From Raja brachyura (lineage: Eukaryota), in NCBI GenBank assembly GCA_963514005.1, contig OY740782.1, positions 7,750,001 through 7,814,000 of the forward strand: 64,000 bases of DNA, read 5' to 3'. Each line of letters begins with the position of its first letter. The stretch's first letter is position 1. Shown here piece by piece: positions 39,060 to 51,300 of this stretch. The translations under genes and the position numbers were made by a program. The notes under the pieces are model-generated. The model was not told the origin of the DNA. It did not search any database and saw only the letters and a list, made by a program, of their open reading frames with translations.

Positions 39060-39225
39060 TTTCCTCATCAAATCCCTACACATTTATGGGGTGGGGAGGA
39101 AACCGGAGCATCCGGGGGGAATCCAGGTGGTCTCTGAGAACGTGCAAGCTCCACTCGGACAGCACCCGAGGTCCGGATCAAACCCGGGTCTGTCGCTCTG
39201 TGAGGCAGCAACACCATCACTGAGC
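39060..39225 (-). mobile_element. tRNA-derived SINE (HE1/V-SINE-like) fragment
   Basis: The reverse strand shows a tRNA-like head with a B-box-like gggtttgatcc, followed by a V-domain-like gtggagcttgcacgttctc...tgctccggtttcctccc. Confidence 0.65.
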
Positions 39226-39614
39226 TGCTCTATGATTCTATCTTTGATGCGCTTTGATCCAGTCGCAGCTGCACTAGAATTGCTTTATAACTCAATCTCC
39301 AAGCACCACCTATTCCGTTCTGTGTCGCTACCATCAGGCCAAGAAGTTAACCCCGATTCAATGAGTTCAGCAAAGACTGCTGGCCACAGCAACTAATATT
39401 GACCCACTTCGACGCCAACGTTGGAACACAACAACCTGCATGCTCTTGACATAAATAGACCCAAGTGATCGCACAATCAATGGACCAATGAATTAAAAAC
39501 TACAATATCGCTGCCATATGAAAGCATGCACAATACTGGATCATTCTGCAAAATGACAGCTCCAAGAACATTCACATTTTGAATAATCTTCACCCAAACA
39601 GGACTGCAGGAGAT

Positions 39615-39845
39615 GTAGAAACATTAAAAATAAGTGCAGGAGGAGGCCATTTGGCCCTTCGAGCCAGCATCGCCATTCATTGTGATCATGGCTGATCATC
39701 CACAATCAGTACCCCGTTCCTGCCTTCTCCCATATCCCTTGATTCTGCTAACCCCTAGAGCTCTGTCCAACGCTCTTTTAAATTCATCCAGTGAATTGGC
39801 CTCTACTGCCTTCTGTAGCAGATAATTCCACAAATTCACAACTCG
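39615..39845 (-). mobile_element. CR1 3' end
   Basis: agaaacattaaaaataagtgcaggaggaggccatt... through ...cacaaattcacaact. Confidence 0.85.
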
Positions 39846-41209
39846 AGGACAGCTTTGAGGCAAATGAGACGGCAGGAGCTGTTCTTATAGATCTGACTGC
39901 TGCCTATGGCACCGGGGTCTAACTGCAAAGCTACTTTGGGTGCTGCCAGACAGGCGTATGGCACGCTACATCATGGAGCTGATATCAAACCGCAGCTTTG
40001 TGCTTAGACCAGTGATGGACAGCAGAGTAGGCTACGTAGACTGAAGTATGGCGTCCCACAGAGATCCGTCTTGGCTCTGCTGCTTTTCAATGTGTACATC
40101 CACGACCTCGCAGAGACCATCGCTGGAAAATATGGGTCTGCTGATGATCTAGCCATCCTGATGGGACACAAAGAGTGGAAGACAATCGAAAGCTTCTTGA
40201 GTCAAGGCATGGGGACGTTGGCAGTATACCTACAACAGTGGCGTCTAAAGCTGAGCGAAGGCAAAACAGTGTCAACAGCATTTCATCTAAACAACAAGGA
40301 AGCTAAGCGAGAGCTAGCTGTCTTCGTTAGCAATAGGCGCTTGTTGGACTTCCAACAAACACCTACATACCTCGGCGTAAAGCTGGACAAGTCGCTTACA
40401 TTTCGTCAAGCCTGGATGGTCTCCACGACAAGGTCATGGCACGTAGCGGCCTCATCCGACGCATGGCAGGAACAAGTTGAGGAGCCAGTCCATCAACTCT
40501 TCGCACCTCTGCCTTGTGTATGCCCCCGAATGGAGTAGAAGTAGACATACTAGCCTGGTAGACATGAGCCTGAACAGCACCTTGTGAACCATCACTGGGT
40601 GCCTTCAACCTACTCTAGTCGAGCAGCTCCCTATACTTGCAGGCTTTCTGCAAGCAGGCAAGCAGCAACTCTGGCACTATCTCGTCGTGCCATGGACCCA
40701 GATCATCTCCTCCTTCAGACTATCAGCAGAGAGCAGAGGCCACCCCGACTGAAGTTCCGTCACCCCTTTGCTCCACATGGAAAACAACTCCAAGCATCCA
40801 TCCAGCCAACTGAGACAAAAGCACACTGGATAGCCACCAAGTGGTCACAGGAGTGGAAGGCGACCTCATCTCCATTGCACAGTTACATCTCTTCACCAGA
40901 TAAAAGCTGTCCACGGTCTGACCTCCCTAGAGGAGCATGGGTGAAGCTCAACAGACTTGGTACTGGAGTTGGGGGTTTCAATGCCAGCATGTGGAGATGG
41001 GGGCTCCGCCAGAGCCCAGCCTTTGAATGCGGAGCAAAACAAAACAGACAGCCAACCATGTCATCTCTGGGTGCCCGCTCTACCACCCACCATATGGAGG
41101 TCAGGGCCATGGCAGTCATTGACGCCAACAGAGACAACAACATGGCTGCTCAACAACAGGCTTGAGATCTAACCATTCCTTTGGTTTATCTTTCATTTGC
41201 AAGAAGAAG
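39846..41209 (+). mobile_element. Vingi/Ingi-like non-LTR retrotransposon, 5'-truncated
   Basis: LIDLTAAY, LLFNVYIHDL, ADDLAI, KTVSTAFHLNN, PTYLGVKLD, WVKLNRL.TG, a CCHC remnant (ECG..QT..HV...CP), a very short 3' UTR and an (aag)3 tail. Clade assignment is from memory of motifs. Confidence 0.65.
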
Positions 41210-41249
41210 GTGACTCTCTGGGTGAGTTTTTATTTTTCTCGTCTCAGTT

Positions 41250-43592
41250 TTAAATGGCCTCCCCTTTATTCTTAGACTGTGGCCCCTGGTTCTGGACCTC
41301 CATCATTGGGAACATTTTTCCTGCATCTAGCTTGTCCAGTCCTTTTTTAATTTTATACGTTTCTATAAGATCTCCTCTCATCCTTCTAAATTCTAGTGAA
41401 TACAAGCCCGGTCTTTCCAATCTTTCCTCATTTGACTGTCCCGCCATCCCGCGGATTAACTTTGTGAACCTACGCTGCACTGCCTCAATAGCAAGAATGT
41501 CCTTCCTCAAATTAGGAGACCAAAATTGCACACAATACTCCAGGTGTGGTCTCACCTGGGTCCTGTACAACTGCAGAAGGACCTCTTTACTCCTATACTC
41601 AAATCCTCTCGTTATGAAGGCCAGCAAGCCACTTTTCATCAAAATAACCTGTTTATCTTTAGATTATCAGTGAAACTAATAAAGAGAATATATTTTTAAT
41701 GTAACACCTGATATTCTAAATAACAGCAATTAAACGTGAAGCCTTAAGTCACAACAGATAGTCAAAGTAAGAATCATTTGCAGAGCTGTCTTCATAGGAC
41801 AACCAAGGTGGATATCTGGTTCTTCTTTGTTGCTTCTTTATGGTCTTTGTGGGAGAGATAGATCAGCCATGATTGAATGGCGGAGTAGACTTGATGGGCC
41901 GAATGGCCTAATTCTACTCCTATTACTTGTGACCTTATCACATGCCATCAGCTTTCTTCACTGCCTGCTGTACCTGCATGTTTACTTTCAGTGATTGGTG
42001 TACAAGGACATCCAGGTCTCGTTGCACTTCCCTTTTTCCTAATCTGACACCATTGAGATGATAATCTTGCTCCTTGTTCTTGCTGCCAAAGTGGATAACC
42101 TCACATTTATCTACATTATACTGCATCTTCCATGCATCTGCCCACGCACTCAACCTGTCCAAGTCACCCTGCAACCTCCTAGCATCCTCTTCGCAGTTCA
42201 CACTGCCACCCAGCTATGTGTCATCCGCAAATTTGCTAGTATTACTTTTAATCCCATCATTTAAATCATTAATATATATTATAAATAGTTGTGGCCCCAG
42301 CACCGAGCACTCCACTCGCCACTGCCTGCCATTCTGACCTGGACCCATTTATTCCTGCTCTTTGTTTCCTGTCTGCCAACCAATTCTCTATCCTTGTCAA
42401 TACCCTACCCCCAATACCATGTGCTCTAAGTTTGCCCACTAATCTCCTGTGTGGGACCATATCAAAGGCTTTCTGAGTCCAGATACAGTACATCCACTGG
42501 CTCTCCTTCATCCTTTTTACTTGTCACATCCTCAAACAATTCCAGGAGAGTAGTCAAGCAGAATTTCCCCTTCATAAATCCATGCTGATTTGGACCAATC
42601 CTTTTACTGCTATCCATTATTTAATAATTGACTCCAGCATCTTCCCCACCACCGGTCAGGCTAACTGGTCTATAATTCCCCGTTTTCTCTCTCGCTCCTT
42701 TCTTGAAAAGTGGGATCACATTAGCTACCCTCAAATCCACAGGAACTGATCCTGAATCTATAGACCAATGCATCAACGATTTCTAGAGCCACCTCCTTGA
42801 GTACCCTGGGATGCAGACCAACAGGCCCTGGGGATTTATCAACCTTCAGTCCCATCAGTCTACCCAATACTGTTTCTCTCCTAATGCAAATTTATTTCAG
42901 TTCCCCTGTCTCCCTAGATCCTCTGTCCTCTCGGACATCCGGGAGATTGTTTGTGACTTCCTTAGTGAAGACAGAACCAAAGTACCTGTTTAACTCTTCT
43001 GCCATTTCCTTGTTCCCCATAGTCACCTGTTTCTGCCTTTAAGGGACCCACATTTGTCTTTACTAATCTTTTTCTCTTAACATACCTAAAGAAGGTTTTA
43101 CTATCCTTCTTTATATTCTTAGCCACCTTACCCTCATACTTTTCTTTTCACCCCGTATTGCCCTTTTTGTTCTCGTCGAAGGTTTCCCAATCTCTGGCTT
43201 CCGGCTACTCTTTGCTGTGCTATACACCTTTTCTTTTAGTTTTATTCCATCCCTAACTCCCCTTGTCAGCCACGGTTGCCTCTTTGTTTCCCAATTACTC
43301 TTACTCCCCGTAGAATCTTTCTTCAACTTTGCAATGAAATTATCTTTCATTTTCTGGATTATGCCCAGAAGTTCCTGCCATTGCTGTTCCACCATCATTC
43401 CTGCTAGGATCCTTTCCCAGTCGACCTTGGCCAGCTCCTCTCAAGCCTTCATAGACTCATTTGTTCATCCGCAACACTGACACTTCTGATTAAACCTTCT
43501 CCATAATTTATATTATGGTCACTACCTCCTAGCGGTTCCTTTACCTTGAGTTCCCTTATTAAATCTGCTTCATTAGACAACACTAAATCCAG
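41250..43592 (-). mobile_element. CR1 ORF2 fragment interrupted by a ~300 bp insert
   Basis: 41250-41630 and 41938-43592 are contiguous in CR1 coordinates (gaaggcca...catgcca junction). The insert ends in a + strand CR1 3' UTR at ~41850-41935. Confidence 0.85.
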
Positions 43593-44209
43593 AGCTTAAT
43601 AGTTTCAGTCAGACCTTTTTCACACAGAGGGTGGCTGCAAGAGGAATGGTTGAGGCGGGTACAATAACAACATTTAAAAGGTATTTGGACAGGATATGGA
43701 TAGGAAAAGGTTAGAGGGATATGGGCTAGGTGCAGTCAAATGAGGCTAGCTTAAATGGGACGAGTTTGGCCAAAGGGCCTGTTTGCGTACTGTATCTATA
43801 ACAACATGAAGCTAAATGCCAAATTTCTTCTATGGTCCACCTCATCAGAGGCCATTCTTCAATCATGTGACAATAAGCTATGGCTTACTGCCTGCGAAGG
43901 CCATGCCAGCAAAAGCAAACACCAACGGGCCAGACAATGCCTTATCTTACAATGCCTTACACTGGAGCCAAGCTGCTCCAGTGTAAGTAAACCATGTATA
44001 TATGGGAACGGTTTAGAGGGATATGGGGCAAACACAGGCAAATGGGACTAGGAGGATCTTGGTTGGCACAGATAAATTAGGCCGTTTCTATCCTCTATGA
44101 CTTTGTTGTTCCACCTGCCCAACAAAGTGGAAATTTCCAGTCCACAAAGAGCTAATCTGGATAATTCTGTCTTACTAGTCTACCATTATTCATTAAAAAA
44201 AACAAATTA

Positions 44210-45320
44210 CCGTATTTCCCGGCAATGAATACGCACCTGCGTCGAAGGCACACCCCCATTTTGAGTTGCTACATTTTGAAAAAAGACTGGCGAGACATAG
44301 AATTTCTCATTCAAAATGTTCAAAAAAAATAAAAATAAATAAAGAAAGTAACAATTCAATTTGCCCAAGGCTTCCAGATCTCCTCCATTTTGAATCACTG
44401 AATGGGTGGGGGGGGTGGAAGGTGACGACAGGTGGAGAGATGGTGGGAAAAACGGGAGCACATCGCGACCAGTTGAATCAGCTGTGATCGTATTGAATGA
44501 CAATAAAAGTTCAAGGGACCAATTGGGGGGTAAGAGTTCCTTTCACAGCATGTGGGGAGTCTATTTAGGGGGAAGAGTTCCTTTCACAGCATGTGGGCAG
44601 GAGCGTTGAGAAAGAGGGGGTCGGGGATCATGCCAGCAACTCAGTCACCGCTGCCGCCACGCTCCGGGCGCGGAGCTACCGCATTGTGGCCGGGGAGGGA
44701 AGTAGCTCGGGTGGCTGCGAGCGGCCGCCGGGACCAGACAGCGGAACCTCAGCGCTTTCTGCGGGCCCGTTCACCTCTGGCAGTGCTCTCCGTCTGAACA
44801 CCTCTCTCCTGCCACGCTCATGTCAGCCGAATCCTGCAAATCCCTAAATTCCGACTGCCGTCGGGATCAGGACATGGCCTCACTTGCTGTGCTGGGTGAC
44901 ACTGCATGGCATTAACTGCCCGGTCCGTGTCTTTCCAGAGCAAAATCGTAGAGCGGAGCAGGTCAGCGGACGATGGATAACAGGACAGCGGGCGGTGGAA
45001 CTTACTCCTGTGTCTCCGAATAACCTCAATTGGTCCCTTGATCGCACTGACGGGAGTAAGCTCCACCGACTGCTGTCCTGTTATCCATCGCCCGCCGACC
45101 CGCTCTTTGCTCTTGAGCTGATCCCCTCACTGTTCGATCCCGGCGGCCGCTCACAGCCACCCGAGCTATTTCCCTCCCCGGCCACAATGCAGTGGCAGCG
45201 GTGAGTGAGTGAGTTGCTGGCATGATCCCCGACCCCCTCCTTCTCAACACACCTGCCCATGCTGACCCGGGCCAGACTCCCCACTCGCTGTGAAAGGAAC
45301 TCTACTTCCTTTTCCCCCCT
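44210..45320. mobile_element. GC-rich palindromic non-autonomous element with a Tc2/pogo-like left end
   Basis: Starts TA|ccgtatttcccggc. Inverted arms ~44575-44720 vs ~45135-45303 and ~44950-45010 vs ~45050-45105. No right TIR found. Confidence 0.5.
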
Positions 45321-48145
45321 ATCCCCCCCCCCCCCCCCCCCCCGCCAGACCCTGGACAGCTTTTATCTGGTGAAGAGATGTAGCTGTGTAATGGAGATGA
45401 GGTTGCATTAAATCTTTCCCCTCTCACTTTAAACCTGTGTCCTCTAGTTCTTGATTCCCCAGCCCTGGGGAAAAGCGTGTGTGCATTCACCTCAGTTGAA
45501 TTGGTGAAGTGGGAGTGACTGCCTTTCACATGATGGCTGTAGTTAGTTGACTCACAATGGTATTTGTAGAACTCTGATCAAGCAAGAGTAACGCTTTGAG
45601 CAAAGGATGATTGTGTGTTTTGTTGTGGTTTGTAGTGGCAGGCAGGAGGATGCCCTTATATTTATCCCATGCATCGTTTTTTTCATCTATTTTCAATTCC
45701 ATTCACAAGTCATGGATAATGCCACAGTTGGTGCCCATTTATTCTGAGACCTGGGAATATTTTGGGTTTGAGATGAGAGGTAACAAGTAACAAAAGCCGG
45801 GTACTGACCATCCCATCACCAATGTTCATCCAACTCCCCGTGCCAATCTATTCCCAATATCCCTGTTATCATTCGTAAAGCTGCCAATGATGAGAATCCT
45901 AACAGAACCAATCCTGGTATAAATTAACGGTGAGGCTGAGCATGCTGCGGCAAATGATTGAGATTTTCAACTCTCAAAACATGTTGGCAATGTGATGGGA
46001 GAACTCTCCATTTCCTTCCAACAACACTCCGAGGTCCTTTATTGCCATCTCACCCACGATCCTCAGCATCCATTAAGCACAATGACGGAGTTATTTGCAA
46101 GGTAAAGTCAACAACATCTTATAAACCTGTGACGTCGCCCACCGTTGAGGCCAAAGGGAAGGGAGCAAAGAAACGCTGCCTGCAGGTTATCCTTCAAGTG
46201 ACTCGCAGGTCCACATCTTAAACAGATAATGGAACGCAATACATGCTTATAGTCATAACATGTGGTCGTCTCATTGGTACATGAAGGCTTAGTGAGAATC
46301 TTGACTTAATTACAATTACATTTTGTAGTTGGACAAGAAAATTAGTGGGACATTGAGTGTGGGACTTGGAGTTTATATTGGCCATTCCTCTTTGCCGTAC
46401 TGATCGAGCCCTTAATCTCATGAGCTACTAGAAATGCATGGCCAAGATCTGTCAATGTCCTTCAGGAAGCTGATGAAAGACTGGTGGGAGAGCCTTGTCT
46501 TGTCCACCTCTGGCACGTGGCTAGTGACAGTAATTAAGTTTGTCCCTATTTTTGACTGTGGATGTCCAGGTAAGTAAGATGGAGGAACATCAGTGTATTA
46601 CTCGATGGGCCGAATGGCCTCCTCCTGCACCTGTTTTCCATGTTACAGCATGTACTGCTTTCCATGAACAGACACCGTTGTTTGATAATATCTGGTTTAG
46701 AACAGTCAGCAGTTTCCAACCTGCAATAGGTAGGTTGGAGATGACTCTGGGATTGCTGCATATCAGGCTGGCTAATGTGGAAAATTGGATCAATCAAGGG
46801 GTTGAGAGGCGAGTTATTTCCTGTTGGTGGGGAATTTGCCAGACAGATGTCTAAGTGGAGGTTGATGTGCTTGTTGGACATTGCATAGAGGTTGTTACTG
46901 TTTAGAATATGGGATGCTACTTCTGAAAGGTGGATAATAGATTGGCTGTTTCATGTTTAAAACCAAATTGCTGACATTCACGAGAATATTGATCTCATGA
47001 TTAAGGTGCCTGAAGTCATGGGACCGGTACCTTGCTCTGGACGATCTGCTGGGTAATTTCATTGGCACTATTACCCTTGGGATTAAACTTTGCAACCGTG
47101 ATAATGGAGGAGGCGATCAATTTAAGTTTGTTTGAATTGCATGGTGTTCAGTAATAGAAACAAGTGAACCTTCTGCAACCTTCCTTTCCACTCATCTGAA
47201 TGAGTGCCGCAGCAACGACACTGAAGCTTGTCACGACCCAGGACAAAGCAACCTGCTTAATTGGCACCGCATCCTAAACACTGACTCCCACCATTGTTCA
47301 CTAACTAGCTAAAGTGGGCATCACCTACAAAATGCAGTGGAACCATTTTCCACAGCTTCAGCACCCTCACTGAAATCCACAAAGTGGATCCATAGCAGCA
47401 GCAGGTGAATGACCTGTAAGTCCCTTCCAAGTCGCAAGCCATTCTGACTTCAAAATACGTCACAGCCACTTCACGGTTACGGGGTCTATTTACAGATATT
47501 CTCCCTGTATCGACATGGAGGGCGCATCATGCCATAGGGAGGGAGGTGTCTCAGGCAATTTTGCCTTGCAAGTAGGGTGAAGATGGAGGAAAGCAACCCG
47601 TGCATTTTTATGTAGGGAATGGGATTGGGAAAAGGGCTCTGTTTGTTGGGACTGAGTGGATATGATGGTGAGTTTGCCACCGATAAACCATAACCAGGCT
47701 AGATTATCGTCACAGTTGTCAGTCACTTGAGACATCTTTGTTGAACAGTTGTAAACTTTTGCACTGATTACTTTCACTCAACATGAATGGCTAGATGTAA
47801 GTGGGCCGGTCATTAGGCTGTGGCTGGGCAAGTTGAGAATGAATGGGTGTGGAGTAGCATTGGGTGATTTTCATTTTCATTTCAGGTAGAGTGGGTGTTG
47901 GATAGCTGTAAATCAGTCAAACCTCATCCATGCGTCGGGCCCACCAGATGACCACGTGTGCTGATCTGCCATTGAAGGAGAGGTGGGATTGGGGCTGAGG
48001 GAGGAGATGGGTCTGTGTGAGCATTAGGATGCTTTTCAGTCTGGGACCCAGAAGGGGTTTATTTGATGGCACAGTGGCTATGAATTGGATTGGTGCTTGT
48101 TTTTGCACAGAATCGTGACTTTTTGTTTTCTTTTTCCTTTTGCAG

Positions 48146-48207
48146 CTAATTCAGTTTCTCATTTCACTCGTGCAGTCCAACAGAGTCATCGGTGTGAAGA
48201 GGAAAAT
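48146..48207 (+). CDS. hsf1: HSF1 coding exon (exon 6), end of HR-B and basic KRK motif
   Basis: Long polypyrimidine tract, tgcag| ... |gtgagt. LIQFLISLVQSNRVIGVKRK(M); 62 bp. Confidence 0.95.
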
Positions 48208-48765
48208 GTGAGTCTGAGCTCATTGTTGTGACAGGAACAAAATTAATGTCTTGTGTCCATTGTGTGATCTGCAGCCTAATGGTCAGTGGAAAGCAGTATT
48301 GATGCATTAACGTGCTTGCCAGAACATAACAAATCACTCTTTTTCAGAAAGAAAAATATTATTTTCTCCACTTAGATCCCCGCCTGGTTCTTGCAGATGA
48401 AACTTTCCTATTTCAAAACGCTTCCTAATTACGCAACGTCTATTAAATTGATGCCTCTGCGAGCCAGCCAGCCTATTTTCTGTAGCCCTGGGGTCAGCAT
48501 TCTTTCCACAGAGGTTTGTCTCTAGACTCTGACCTCCAGTGATAAATAAATGCTGCACAGTTTGGGGATTTAAGCTCGCCGGGTGTTTTGTTTTGTGCTG
48601 TTGGTTACTTCCTTGGCAACATGTTTGCTGGGAGCAGCCAATGAGCTTACATCCCAGAGCATTTCACGCGCCTCTCTCTGCGTGTGCTACTGCATGCCCA
48701 CGTGCAGGATTCCCCCTGAGATCTCGCAGTGGTTGAAGGAACAGAGCAGCTGCAGTCAGCGAGGG

Positions 48766-48768
<3 letters not shown>

Positions 48769-48842
<74 letters not shown>
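48769..48842. repeat. (CA)37 microsatellite
   Basis: Perfect dinucleotide run read directly. Confidence 0.98.
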
Positions 48843-48845
<3 letters not shown>

Positions 48846-48970
48846 GCAGCTGCTTCTCTCACTGCCCACTTAGTAACGGGCCCATGTCAATTGCAAAAGC
48901 AATATCGAGAGAAGCTAGGTTAATGAAGTTAGAATGCAGACTTCAATGATTCAATGCTACTTTATTCTCA

Positions 48971-49173
48971 AAATGTTGAAACAAGGAAATGCAGATGCTT
49001 TTTTTTTTTAAATGACGCAAAGTGCTGGAGTAACTCAGCCGGCCAGGCAGCATATCTGGAGAACCTGGAAAGGTGACACTTTGGGTTTGAAGAAGAGTCC
49101 CAACACGAAACGCCACCCATGTATGTTCTCCAGAGATGCAACCTGACACACAGGGTTATTCCAGCACTTTGCA
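48971..49173. mobile_element. Penelope-derived hairpin element with ~13 bp TSD
   Basis: Inverted arms; degenerate core tgaagaagagtcccaacacgaaacg. Flanks tactttattctca (48958-48970) and tactttattatca (49174-49186). Confidence 0.7.
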
Positions 49174-49851
49174 TACTTTATTATCACATGTATCTAAGTG
49201 CCTAAATGTTTTTGTGTGAGGTTCTGTGACAGTCCTGCAATACATTAGGCACAATCATACTAAGTGTCAGAGTGTAAGACACACTGAGTCGGTACACAAG
49301 AGTCGCCACGTTTTTTTTTTAAGTCCAAAAGTTTTTGTTTTAAAGTCCAAAGGTTTTTTTTTTTAAATGTTGGAGTCTTAACTTAGCCATAAGGGCCCGT
49401 TCTCCTGGCTGTGGCACAGGGTTGGAGTTGCAGGGTTCAATGGGGTTGCAGTGGTGCGATGTGTCTGTTCTGCTGCTGTGTGCCACTGCAGGTCCCGTCC
49501 ATTCGATCAGCCATGATCACAATGAATGGCAGTGCTGGCTCGAAGGGCCGAATTGCCTCCTCCTGCACCTGTTTTCTATGTTTCATTCTATGTGCTTGAC
49601 TTCTTGGATCAGTGCCTGATCTAATTGTATTAAAACAGTACAGCACACAAACAGGCCCTGTCTGTGTTAACTATGATACTAATTTAAACTAATCCCATCT
49701 GTCTGCACATCTCCATCGTGTGCCTGTCTAAATGTTTCTTAAATGTTGCTATCAAATCTGCTCTACCACCTGCCCAACAGATAGATTGAGGCTTTTGGGC
49801 TGATTAACTTTCCCTATTTAATCAACTGGGTTTCATCAACCTATGCTACAG

Positions 49852-49969
49852 CAGGTAGACAAAATGCTGGAGAAACTCAGCGGGTGCGGCAGCATCTATG
49901 GAGCGAAGGAAATAGGCAACGTTTTGGGCCGGAACCCTTCTTCAGACTGATGGGGGGGGGGGGGGACAA
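49852..49969 (-). mobile_element. Single Penelope terminus with hammerhead remnant and 10 bp TSD
   Basis: Minus strand reads ctgaaga-a-gggttccggccc-aaaacgtt. Perfect flanks tatgctacag at 49842-49851 and 49970-49979. Confidence 0.78.
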
Positions 49970-50457
49970 TATGCTACAGTGATTTTGCTGTCTTTTCCAT
50001 GTTCAGTCACAACCTTTTTTCTGGGGGGGGGGGAAATGTCAAAAGCCTGGAGGGCATAGCTTTAAGGTGAGAGGGGAAAAGTTTAAAGGAGAAGCAGGGG
50101 CATATTTTTACACAGAGGGTGATGGGTGCCTGGAACGTGCCAACAGGGGTAGTGTGGAGACAGATATAATACTTGCATTTAAGAGGCGTTTAGATGGGCA
50201 CATGTATATGGAGGGACATGGGTCATGTTCGGCACAGACATTGTAGGCTAAAGGGTCAGTTTCTGTGCTGTACTGTTCTATGTTCAAAGAAAGCCAATGC
50301 ATAGAATAATGTTTACAATGTTATTATTGTTATGGTTAAATCAGCAACAACATTATAATTTAGTTTGAGCTGGATGTCACAATTAATGTTTTCCTACATG
50401 CAAGTGGCATGCTTGCATCTCGAATATTAATTTCTGTATTTCTTTGCTCTCTTCCAG

Positions 50458-50554
50458 GCCTCTGATGTTAAATGATAGTAGTTCCGCGCATTCCATGCCA
50501 AAGTACAGTCGCCCATACTCCTTGGAACCCTTGCAGGAAACGGCAGCACTGACA
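50458..50554 (+). CDS. hsf1: HSF1 coding exon (exon 7), start of regulatory domain
   Basis: ttccag| ... |gtacgt. (M)PLMLNDSSSAHSMPKYSRPYSLEPLQETAALT; 97 bp. Confidence 0.92.
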
Positions 50555-50565
50555 GTACGTAGTTA

Positions 50566-51300
50566 CAGTCTAGTTTATTGTCACCTGTACTGGGGTACAG
50601 TCAAAAGCTGTTGTGTTGCGGAAAGACAATACGTGATTACAATCGAGCCAAGTATGTGTACATACAAGGAGTTTGCCTTGGTGCTTTGCTCGCAACTAAC
50701 AGCCGGAAACACAGTAGACAGTTAAAAATAAAACATTATAATTTATACATGTGAAGAATGAAATAAAAACCAGAGCACAAGGAGGCTACAGACTTTTGGC
50801 TGTTGAGTAGAGCTACTGCTCGTGGGGAAAAAAGCTGTTTTTATGTCTGGCTGTGGCGGCTTTGACAGTCCGGAGTCGCCTTCCAGAGGGAAGTGATTCA
50901 AAGAGTTTGTGGCCAGGGTGAGAGACGTCAGAGATGTTCTTACCCGCTCGCTTCCTGGCCCTTGCAGTGTACAGTTCATCAATGGGGGGAAGGGTGCAGC
51001 CAACAACCTTCTCGGCTGATGCAGCGTATAGATGCAGGATAAGGGAATAACGTTCAGGGCGAAATACATTTTAGTGCAAGGTAAAGACAACAAAGTCCGG
51101 TCAAGGATAGTCCAACGGCCATCAGAGGTAGATAGTAGTTCAGCACTGCTCTCTGGTTGTGGTAGGATGATTCAGTTGCCTGAAAATAGCTGGGAAGAAA
51201 CTGTCCCTGAATCTGGAGGTGTGCTTTTTCACACTTCTATACCTTTTGCCTGGTGGGAGATGAGAGAAGATGGAATGGCTGGGGTGTGACTCATCCTCGT
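50566..51300 (-). mobile_element. Nested Rex1-type LINE 3' ends
   Basis: ~50646-51020 is highly similar to ~17107-17480. It interrupts another subfamily (50566-50645 plus 51025-51300; LPPGKRYRSVK.HTSRFRDSFFP). Confidence 0.78.

Noticed and set aside
48583-48923. HTHTHT / VCVCVC ORFs
   Set aside because: Translations of the CA microsatellite.
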